Shown: positions 37,790 through 45,544 of the stretch, in pieces
Layout of the letters: the number at the start of each line of letters is the position of its first letter
How positions within the stretch are numbered: the stretch's first letter is position 1
Virus record (IMG/VR): IMGVR_UViG_3300048914_000231
Location: 1 to 64,000 of that record
Reading direction: 5' to 3' (one strand)
DNA length: 64,000 bases
From: a virus
Notes under the pieces: generated by a model
The model's database searches: none
Told to the model about the DNA's origin: nothing
The model's input: only the letters and a program-made list of their open reading frames with translations
Program-made: the position numbers and the translations under genes

Positions 37790-38104
37790 TCAGTTGGCGT
37801 AGTGTTTGATGACCTGGCCGCCGATGTAGATGACGCCGGAACCGAAAGCGGCCCACATCCATTTCATGGCGGTCGAGATACCGGCGATGTTTGCCTCGAA
37901 CTTGGCGTGGTCGAGTACCACGGCGGTCAGGCGTTCGTCCAGCTTGTCCTGACGCGTGATCATCTTTTCGATGGCCGTGTTGGCGGTCAGGTTGCGTTCT
38001 TCGAGGACGGAGAGTTTGGTCAGGGCGTCCGCCATCTTGCTCATTGCCGAGCGGATGTCGCGCATTTCCTCCTGCAGGATGTGCAGGCTGTCTTGGTCAG
38101 GCAT
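37790..38104 (-). CDS. Coiled-coil protein with C-terminal TM helix (lysis-associated)
   Basis: 104 aa, first gene of the lysis cassette. Confidence 0.65.
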   Translation of the reverse strand: MPDQDSLHILQEEMRDIRSAMSKMADALTKLSVLEERNLTANTAIEKMITRQDKLDERLTAVVLDHAKFEANIAGISTAMKWMWAAFGSGVIYIGGQVIKHYAN

Positions 38105-38195
38105 TATTTGTCCTTGTGAGGTTGGAATGTCGACCTTTGACGTTCGCTCGCAAAGAAGTCTGCCGGCGATTCTAACAGAAAAGCCGGCAGTTGTA

Positions 38196-38209
38196 AGTCA
38201 GCGCTGACT
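38196..38209. promoter_or_regulatory. AGTCA-N4-TGACT palindrome, lysis promoter
   Basis: AGTCAGCGCTGACT; extended -10 TGTTAGAAT downstream on the minus strand. Confidence 0.85.
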
Positions 38210-38213
38210 AAAT

Positions 38214-38654
38214 TCAGGACAAACCAAGGAACTTTTTTACGGTCAGCAGCGTACTGGCGAAAGGGTGACTCCAGACGGCGTTGGCGACATCGTCCGCACT
38301 GGGTGCGCTGCCCGTTCCGCCTCCCGACCCGGCGGCGCTGGTCGTGGCGAACGCAAGCGACTTGGTCTGGAAAACGAACACGCCGGCCACGCCCACCACT
38401 TCGGCATTGATATTGCCCGTGATGGTGTAGTTGCCGGCTACCGGGAAGCGCAGCTTCCAGCCGTTGATGAAGTCCACCGAGTAGAAGTAGCCACCCCCGC
38501 CCACGTCCAGCGCGCGGAACGTGTGAATTGGCGGAAACAACATGCCGGTCGTCGATGCCTCCAGCGCGCGCAAGTCCTGGTGAAAGGTTACCAGGTCCGT
38601 AATGCTGGAGGACGAATCGATGATTCTGTTGTCCCAGTCGGGGGTAAGGGCCAT
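38214..38654 (-). CDS. Putative virion accessory protein
   Basis: 146 aa, in the tail-accessory operon. Confidence 0.6.
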   Translation of the reverse strand: MALTPDWDNRIIDSSSSITDLVTFHQDLRALEASTTGMLFPPIHTFRALDVGGGGYFYSVDFINGWKLRFPVAGNYTITGNINAEVVGVAGVFVFQTKSLAFATTSAAGSGGGTGSAPSADDVANAVWSHPFASTLLTVKKFLGLS

Positions 38655-38656
38655 GA

Positions 38657-40087
38657 TTACTGGTCGCTGCTACGGATCACGTTCAGGGAGCCGCCATTGC
38701 TACCGACGGCGAAGGTGGCTTCGAACGGCTGGATCACGGCGTTGTTGTTGCGTACCACCACGCGCGCGGTGAACGGGGCGTTATACAGGAACGTCACCGA
38801 CTCCGACGTGCCTGTGGCCGTCTTGAACAGGAACGGTACGAACGCGACCGCGTTGGCGGAAAGGGCGGTGCCGGTCTGGGCGCCGAGCGTGAACACCTTG
38901 CCGGCCCAGGACATGTAGGCGAACGACCTGGTGCCGACCACAATGGTGCCCGCGGCCGGCGTGTCCGGCGAGACGGTCTCGTTGACGGTGATGGTCGTGG
39001 CGGTCGATCCGTGGGCGCCATTCAGGGTGTACTCGTCCTGCTTGATGCCGCTGCCGGTATCGCGCCCGACCACGATGGCGTCGCCCGCCGTCAGGTTCGA
39101 AATCGTGATGCCAACGATGTTCGGCGGCACCTGGCTGGTGCCGTCGGCGGCCGTCAGCTGGTAGTTTTGCGATTCGGCCGGCAGCACGCCGGCGATCTTC
39201 CAGCCACGCGCGAGAATCCATTTGCCGGCCGAGAACGTGCCCATCGGCGCCGCGTCGTTCGGCGTGTAGCCGCCCAGCGCGCGAAAGCGCCAGCCCTCGA
39301 TGCCATTGATCGAGACGGTCGACGTCTCCGAGCAGATCGCCTGGCAGTACTGGTAGGCTTCCTGCAGCGTGCAGCCGTTTTGCAGCGTGATGGTGGCGTC
39401 GTAGTTCTTGCTGCCATTGCCATTGCCAAGGTCGAGCGTGGTGGCGCCGACCGTGATCACGACCTTGGGCGTGCCGCCGGTGCCCAGCGCGAGCGCGTTG
39501 GCCAGGGTCAGGGTGGCCGCGTTGTCGACCGACACCGACAGTGCCGCCGAGTTCTCGCCGCCGGCGGAGAGGTCGACGTCGAAGGTCGAGAAGGTGTTGC
39601 CCCACTGGCGCGAGAACACGGTTGCGGTGCCGCCGCCGATGAACGCGCCCGCGTCCTTGGCCTTGACCATGATCTGGATATGACCATTGGCCCAGTACTT
39701 GGTCAGCTTGGCGTTGTTCTGCACGACGTAGATCGACGAGCCGGCGACGATCGTGCCGATCGACTTGATGCCGGCGTACATCGTGTTGCCGCCGCTTTGC
39801 TTGATCGAACCCTTGTTGATGAACTGCGCCACCGAATCATCGATGTTGAAGCCATTGATCAGGTTCAGGCGCGATGCCACAAGCGTGTCGCGCGGGCCGT
39901 CCAGCTTGGACGGGTTGGAGGACAGGATCGACAGCTGGTCGTCGCCAGACTGGGCAAGATTGTCGGCCAGGTCCTGCAGCCAGGTGTGCAGGTCGAGGAC
40001 CGGATAGACGTTGGTGGTAGCCGGCGACGCAGCCCGGCGGATATTGCCAGATGCATCGATCTGGAAGTCTGCTGCATTGATGGTCAT
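38657..40087 (-). CDS. Putative virion structural protein (G/T/A-rich beta)
   Basis: 476 aa, fibre-like composition. Confidence 0.65.
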   Translation of the reverse strand: MTINAADFQIDASGNIRRAASPATTNVYPVLDLHTWLQDLADNLAQSGDDQLSILSSNPSKLDGPRDTLVASRLNLINGFNIDDSVAQFINKGSIKQSGGNTMYAGIKSIGTIVAGSSIYVVQNNAKLTKYWANGHIQIMVKAKDAGAFIGGGTATVFSRQWGNTFSTFDVDLSAGGENSAALSVSVDNAATLTLANALALGTGGTPKVVITVGATTLDLGNGNGSKNYDATITLQNGCTLQEAYQYCQAICSETSTVSINGIEGWRFRALGGYTPNDAAPMGTFSAGKWILARGWKIAGVLPAESQNYQLTAADGTSQVPPNIVGITISNLTAGDAIVVGRDTGSGIKQDEYTLNGAHGSTATTITVNETVSPDTPAAGTIVVGTRSFAYMSWAGKVFTLGAQTGTALSANAVAFVPFLFKTATGTSESVTFLYNAPFTARVVVRNNNAVIQPFEATFAVGSNGGSLNVIRSSDQ

Positions 40088-40090
40088 TGC

Positions 40091-40492
40091 TTACTCGTCC
40101 GAGAGCTGGTTGATAAAGATGGATTGCGTACCAAGCGCTGCGACAGCCTGCGTCTCGTACGGCTGGTAATACGGTGCGCCGCTTGCCTTGCGTACCTTGA
40201 TCCTGAGGTTGTTGCGGGCGCTGCCGGACAGGTACACCGGCACCAGCATCGACACCACGACGTCCGTTGTCGTGCCCGAGACCGCCATTTCACCGGCGCC
40301 GTTTTCTACGTCGTAGGTTGATCCGACCACCACGTTGGTCAGGACCAGGGTCATCGACCCGACCGGATCGGTGGCCAGCAGCTGGCGTTCGATGACGTGG
40401 CCGAAATTGACATTCATCCTGCCGTTATCGGACGGGAGCTCCATCGTTCCGCCGCCGGTCCCGCGCATATTGATAAACATGGCGTTTGACAT
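40091..40492 (-). CDS. Putative virion accessory protein (Ig-like)
   Basis: 133 aa, coupled to upstream gene. Confidence 0.6.
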   Translation of the reverse strand: MSNAMFINMRGTGGGTMELPSDNGRMNVNFGHVIERQLLATDPVGSMTLVLTNVVVGSTYDVENGAGEMAVSGTTTDVVVSMLVPVYLSGSARNNLRIKVRKASGAPYYQPYETQAVAALGTQSIFINQLSDE

Positions 40493-42480
40493 CAGACCAC
40501 CTTCAGTTCCGGATCGATGAACGTACCCAGCGTGGCATTGGCCACCGAGGCGTGCAGCCTGATGTAGATCGACACTTCGCAGCCGTTGGCCATGTCCGGG
40601 CAGAACAGGCTGATCTGCTTCTTGGCGAACGTCTGACCGCTGTAGGACACGGCACCGCCAGCTTCACTCGACCAGACGGTCGTGGTGTCCGGGGTGAGGG
40701 CGGTATTGCCCGTGACGTCCAGCGAATCGACATAACGGATACCGCCCGTGCTGTCGAGGTAGGTCGCCATGAAGCTGATGTCGGCCATCGTCCACGACAG
40801 GGTTGATTCCACCGCAAAATTCAGCGTGACCGTACGGTCACCGGTGGCCAGCGTGTTCACCTTGTTGATGGTGGGGAGCTCGAAAGGCGAGGCCCGGCTC
40901 AGCATGAGGTTGTACGTGGCGGGGATCGCGTAAATGACCCATGGCGTCACGCCATCCAGCAGGCGGGCCGATGCGGTCGGGTAACCCTTGGCCGAATTCC
41001 ATTCGCAAAAGCCGTTGCGGCGGTCGATCAGAAAATCGCGATAACCGTACTTCGATTCGGCCGTATAGCTGTCGGCTGCCATCGTCGTATTACCGGCGCC
41101 ACCCAGGGCCACGTTGGGTCCGCGATCCTTGATGGCGCCGAAATCGCAATTACGGAACGACACGTCGCCGCCCGAGGAGATGTTACCGCTTGTCATCAGG
41201 CGGCAGGTGCTGATGAAGCCGATGAACTTGCAGTCCGTGTAACGTGCCAACACCGGATTGCCGCCACTGGAAGGGGCAAGAATCGGGCTGATCGCATTGG
41301 TGCAGTCGTTGACGACGAATTCGTGCGCTTCCAGGCTGTAGTTACACGATCCGTTAATGGACGAGGTGACAAAGCCACCCATGCTGTTGTTGTCTTTTGC
41401 CCATACCTGGCGACAGCCGATCATGCGGGTGCGAACCTGGAGGGAGCCCGAGGTTGCCAGCTTGAGGGCGTTGATTGCCGTCGAGGTCTGGGAGTTGCCA
41501 GGGGCATCCATCAAAAGATTTTCCCATGTCATTGGGGTATTACCGATGGCGATGACAAATCCGGCAAGGCTGGTGGATGTGGCGGATGCTTCCATGACCA
41601 GATTGCGCTGGCTGGAACTGTAGCGTTTGGACTTGATGTGGCAGAAAGTGGTGCCCAGCCCCTGGAAAGTGATGTTGCTATTGCTGGTCCAGGTACAGGC
41701 GATTTTGAAAACCGGACTGCTGCCGTCGGCGGGCCAGGTTGTGCCATCATCGATTTCAAAGAGGACCGGCTGCGTGGCCGAACCCATGGCGGCGAACGTG
41801 ATGGTGGTGTTGCTGTTGGTGGCGAACTGAAGCGTCTTGCTGGCGCGGACCCTGATGCGGTCGCCCAGATCCATCACGCCGGCGATGGGCTTGTTGGTGC
41901 CCCAGCAGCCGTACTGGCCAATACTCCAGTTGGATTTGCCAAACGTGGCCAGGTGGTTCACGAGGTAGCCCCATGCGCCACCGGCACCGCCGGAAAACTG
42001 CGCATTGAGCTGGCTGCCACCGGTGAGGCCAGTAGAGGTCACGGCAAAGAACGACGTGCCGTTGAAGGCTGCCGACCCTGCGCGCGTCTGGATGTTCAGC
42101 GTGGCGCCGCTGGAAGTCGCATACAGGATGTCCTGCAGTTTGCAGGCGGTCCAGCCCAGCAACGGGTTGGATGCCCCGATTACCGTGATCAGGTTGGTAT
42201 TCGCCGTCTGAATGATGGCAGCGGCCAGGTTGGCCGCAAGGGTTGAGCCGCTGCCCGCGTTGAACTGGTTGGCGCCGGCGCCGGAAGCCACGCAGGTCAG
42301 CTGGGCGCCGGCGATCGTGACGGTATTGCCAGCGGCAGCCGTGTAACCGGTCAGGTCGATGGAGCAGGTGGCGATGGTCGCCGCGCCGCTGGAGGTGCCG
42401 TCACCATCCTGGCACACGCCGGCGCCAGGTGTAGCGCTCCAGGCCGCATACAGGCCGTGATCGAGATATTTAGTAGCCAT
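40492..42480 (-). CDS. Putative tailspike/fibre-like structural protein
   Basis: 662 aa, S/T/G/N-rich, beta-helix-like C-terminal half. Confidence 0.6.
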   Translation of the reverse strand: MATKYLDHGLYAAWSATPGAGVCQDGDGTSSGAATIATCSIDLTGYTAAAGNTVTIAGAQLTCVASGAGANQFNAGSGSTLAANLAAAIIQTANTNLITVIGASNPLLGWTACKLQDILYATSSGATLNIQTRAGSAAFNGTSFFAVTSTGLTGGSQLNAQFSGGAGGAWGYLVNHLATFGKSNWSIGQYGCWGTNKPIAGVMDLGDRIRVRASKTLQFATNSNTTITFAAMGSATQPVLFEIDDGTTWPADGSSPVFKIACTWTSNSNITFQGLGTTFCHIKSKRYSSSQRNLVMEASATSTSLAGFVIAIGNTPMTWENLLMDAPGNSQTSTAINALKLATSGSLQVRTRMIGCRQVWAKDNNSMGGFVTSSINGSCNYSLEAHEFVVNDCTNAISPILAPSSGGNPVLARYTDCKFIGFISTCRLMTSGNISSGGDVSFRNCDFGAIKDRGPNVALGGAGNTTMAADSYTAESKYGYRDFLIDRRNGFCEWNSAKGYPTASARLLDGVTPWVIYAIPATYNLMLSRASPFELPTINKVNTLATGDRTVTLNFAVESTLSWTMADISFMATYLDSTGGIRYVDSLDVTGNTALTPDTTTVWSSEAGGAVSYSGQTFAKKQISLFCPDMANGCEVSIYIRLHASVANATLGTFIDPELKVV

Positions 42481-42916
42481 TGTTGATTGCCGCTCCGTAG
42501 TTGACCATCAGGGCGACCTGTTCCATGTGTGCCGCTGGGGTTTCGAGAATGCCCGCCTTCAGTTCGGGCGTGCACAGTCCTTTGGAAATCAGCAGGTCGA
42601 TCGCACTGGCCACGTCGGCCCGGCGCAGGTCGACCCACTTCCTGGATTGCACATCACGGACCACGGCCACCACCAGTGGATCGGTGGAGGCCAGAATCCC
42701 GATTTTCCTGGTGTCGAAGCGATCAAAGAATGGCCCGATGTCCATCAGCCACTTGGTTGCCAGGTCTCCCGGCTGCGGCAGTGTCGGATTCAGCTGGTCC
42801 TGCGCGACATGGTCATACTGGTCGAGCGGATAGAGTTCGGTATTGGACACATGCAGGGCGCCATAGGCATACACGTCCCTGCCGGTGGCTTTGTCGAAAA
42901 CAAGGTAGGTGGTCAT
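42470..42916 (-). CDS. Hypothetical protein, possibly fibre assembly
   Basis: Probable start MTTYLVF. Confidence 0.6.
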   Translation of the reverse strand: MTTYLVFDKATGRDVYAYGALHVSNTELYPLDQYDHVAQDQLNPTLPQPGDLATKWLMDIGPFFDRFDTRKIGILASTDPLVVAVVRDVQSRKWVDLRRADVASAIDLLISKGLCTPELKAGILETPAAHMEQVALMVNYGAAINNGY

Positions 42917-42918
42917 GC

Positions 42919-43302
42919 TTACTCGTAGGTATAGGTGACACGGTCGGTCCAGGCGTACGCGAACGCACCGCCGCCGACCCATGTGGTTACGACGTCGACG
43001 GCGCCGATAATGGTTTTGCTGATGCGCCAGACCGGGCTGGCGTCGTCGCTGCCCGACGCGGCCCAGCCCTTGTAGACCGAGACGTCACCGGACATGTCGA
43101 CGCGGCGCGCATACACGGTGTCGGCTGCCGGGGGACCGGGCGGGCCCTGCGTGCCCACTTCGATGATGTCGACGTCGACGTTCTCGACCACCAGTGTGGC
43201 ACTCTCTACCGTGTCGGTAATCGTGTCTGCGCCCGTGCCTTCCACCAGTACCGACGTCTCGTTTTGCACTTCGAGAAGGATGATTTGCGGCTCCGGCATC
43301 AC
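42919..43302 (-). CDS. Hypothetical virion protein with short GPPGPP motif
   Basis: 127 aa. Confidence 0.6.
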   Translation of the reverse strand: MMPEPQIILLEVQNETSVLVEGTGADTITDTVESATLVVENVDVDIIEVGTQGPPGPPAADTVYARRVDMSGDVSVYKGWAASGSDDASPVWRISKTIIGAVDVVTTWVGGGAFAYAWTDRVTYTYE

Positions 43303-43655
43303 GCTGCCTTTCTGGTGACGGCCGGCGACAGCTTGACGGCGCCTTCGATCAGACGGATCGCGGATTCGTCACCCACGTACAGGTACATGTCGTAGACGGC
43401 CGACTGGAACGTCAGCGCGGCGGTCTGCGCCGGCGTGAGCTTCAGCTGGATGGTGCCGGCCTTGCCGCCCAGCGTGATGCCGCCGTTTTCAGTCGACATT
43501 TCCACCAGGACCGTGCCGCCAACCTTGTCGCGCACCTGCAAAAGCGCGGTGTAGCCGGTCAGGTCGACCGCGCGCTTGTTCTTGTCACGCCACACAAGAC
43601 GCTTCGAATACTCGGCGCCTTGTTCGAACGTAAGATTGAGTTTCAAAGCTGACAT
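43299..43655 (-). CDS. BppU-like Ig-fold virion protein
   Basis: EQGA..VDLTGYTALLQVR..GTIQLKLTPAQT..YD..IEG..SPAVTR. Confidence 0.7.
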   Translation of the reverse strand: MSALKLNLTFEQGAEYSKRLVWRDKNKRAVDLTGYTALLQVRDKVGGTVLVEMSTENGGITLGGKAGTIQLKLTPAQTAALTFQSAVYDMYLYVGDESAIRLIEGAVKLSPAVTRKAA

Positions 43656-43688
43656 CGGACTGACCCTTATAGGAATCGCCCGATTATA

Positions 43689-43702
43689 TGTCAGTGCTGA
43701 CT
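43689..43702. promoter_or_regulatory. Palindrome variant abutting TATAAT
   Basis: TGTCAGTGCTGACT; -10 at 43683-43688. Confidence 0.8.
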
Positions 43703-43707
43703 TAGTT

Positions 43708-44247
43708 TCAAGGACGCACTTGTAGCCGAGGCGGGCCAAGTTCCTCGACCAGTTCGCCTGGCGAGAGCATGCGGTTGTGATCCAGCCAGGCCGGCGGCAC
43801 ATTCATGTTCATGCTTTTCATGTACAGGGCCGCGATTTCGTAGATGGACACGCTGCCACCCGAGCACACCACGATCTTGCGCCAGTGGATGAAGGTTTTC
43901 AGGCCCAGAAAGCAGCGCAACCCGATCACAAAGAAGGCCAGAAAGCCATAATTGATCGGATTGGCCAGCCAGTCGAAGACGGCGCGCTCGATGCAGGTGC
44001 GGTCGTCGGCGCCGGCCGGCGGGCTGCACACGTCGAAGGACTTGAACTGCGACAGCGGATGCAGCGCGTTACGGCCCGAGTTCAGGTCGGCCATGAAAAG
44101 ACGATTTGCGCACCAGACGGCCACGCCGGTATGCGTGTAAGGCTTGCGGGTAAAGAATATCGTCAGCCTGCCCAGCCAGTTGTGCACGTCGCGCACGCCG
44201 ATCAAATCGCCGGTCCGGATCTGGCTGCGCGCTTCATCGTATTTCAT
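43708..44247 (-). CDS. Permuted papain-like NlpC/P60 enzyme (YiiX/YaeF-like)
   Basis: TGDLI..YTHTGV..NYG..VCSG (His before Cys). Confidence 0.75.
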   Translation of the reverse strand: MKYDEARSQIRTGDLIGVRDVHNWLGRLTIFFTRKPYTHTGVAVWCANRLFMADLNSGRNALHPLSQFKSFDVCSPPAGADDRTCIERAVFDWLANPINYGFLAFFVIGLRCFLGLKTFIHWRKIVVCSGGSVSIYEIAALYMKSMNMNVPPAWLDHNRMLSPGELVEELGPPRLQVRP

Positions 44248-44256
44248 GGCTTGTCC

Positions 44257-44934
44257 TTATGCGTAGGCCCGAATGAAAAACTTCCAGTTGGCGTTCGTCA
44301 GCGTGACCGCGGCGCCGGTGGTCTTGTTCAGGGCGGCCAGCGGGGTCGCCGCCGAGGTCATGCGCACCGACAGGTTGGTGGCGTCCGACGTGAGCGACAT
44401 GTCGGTGAAGATGTCGGCCGGGATCATGTCGCCCACGGCATAGCCGAATTCGGCCGTCATGCACTTGAGGTAAGCCTGCACCAGCTTGGGCGCGGCGCCC
44501 AGGCCGTGCGCCAGCGTGTACAGGGCGGCCGGCGTAACCGTCTGGTCGGCGCTCTGAAAGTACTTGGTGATCGGCAGTACGCTGTTGTCAGCAGCCGTGA
44601 GCAGGGTCTGGATGCGGTTCATGGCGGCGGTGAATACCGCGGCCGTGCCGACGTCACCCTGTGCAATGGTCGGGATCATGCCCGGGTAGGTGGCGTCGAC
44701 CGCGAACACGCCGGTCGCGGTCGGGTTCGTGGCGCCCTGGTAGTTGCCCGTCAGCGTGACCGTGGTCAGGCCGGTGCCGGCGTTGTAGGTCGAATTGATG
44801 GAGACGAAATAGGGCACCAGTTCGGTATCCACCATGAAAATGGTATTCGCCTTGATGCGCGCCGTCTGGTCGCCCGCAACCGTCACGGTCTGGGAGCCAT
44901 TCGTCACCGAACAGGTTTTCTTGATTTGTGCCAT
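44257..44934 (-). CDS. Short tail-fibre-like protein
   Basis: CSVTNGSQTVT N-terminus; AHGLGAAPKLV..GYAVGD C-terminus. Confidence 0.65.
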   Translation of the reverse strand: MAQIKKTCSVTNGSQTVTVAGDQTARIKANTIFMVDTELVPYFVSINSTYNAGTGLTTVTLTGNYQGATNPTATGVFAVDATYPGMIPTIAQGDVGTAAVFTAAMNRIQTLLTAADNSVLPITKYFQSADQTVTPAALYTLAHGLGAAPKLVQAYLKCMTAEFGYAVGDMIPADIFTDMSLTSDATNLSVRMTSAATPLAALNKTTGAAVTLTNANWKFFIRAYA

Positions 44935-44971
44935 GTCATTACCCTGATAATGTGGCGGCCAGTCTATCATA

Positions 44972-44985
44972 AGTCATTCATGACT
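44972..44985. promoter_or_regulatory. AGTCA-N4-TGACT palindrome with extended 10-bp arms
   Basis: TCATAAGTCA-TTCA-TGACTTATGA; TATGAT abuts on the minus strand. Confidence 0.85.
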
Positions 44986-45010
44986 TATGAACTGGCGGCC
45001 GCAAAAAGAT

Positions 45011-45529
45011 TCACGCCGCCAGGATCGCCGACCTGTTCGTGACCAGAATCCACTGGCGGTGCGCCTCCCAGCTGTCCTCCCTGATCAGGCCGGCCTTGAG
45101 CAGGTTGGCGCGGTACAGCGCGGACATCACGAGACCCTCCTGGATCACCTGCGGGAAATCCGGATGTGAAGCCAGCGCCGCGGCATTCCACGCGTCGCGC
45201 GCCTGTTCCTCGCTGCAGTCCGGATTGGCCTTGACAAAATCGACCGCGGCGGCCTTGGCAGCGAAACGTTCGGTTTCCACCAGCTGCGTCACGGTCGACT
45301 TCGGTCCGAAGTCGGCGGTGATCCCGGCGCCGGAACCGGACTCCAGCGACGTGATCATGGCCTGCACTTCCGTCAGGGCGATCTGGGCGTCGCTGTTGAC
45401 GCTGTTGAGCTTTTGCACGGCCGACGCGGTGGCGTCGATCTGGCCCTGCAGATTGGATTTTTTGAGACGCGCCGCCTGCAGGCGCGCTTCGTTGGCGAGA
45501 GCTTCTTGAATTTCGGTGGTCGTGGCCAT
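45011..45529 (-). CDS. Coiled-coil protein following the fibre gene
   Basis: 172 aa, AAGGA SD. Confidence 0.7.
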   Translation of the reverse strand: MATTTEIQEALANEARLQAARLKKSNLQGQIDATASAVQKLNSVNSDAQIALTEVQAMITSLESGSGAGITADFGPKSTVTQLVETERFAAKAAAVDFVKANPDCSEEQARDAWNAAALASHPDFPQVIQEGLVMSALYRANLLKAGLIREDSWEAHRQWILVTNRSAILAA

Positions 45530-45544
45530 TGCGATTCCTTTCGG

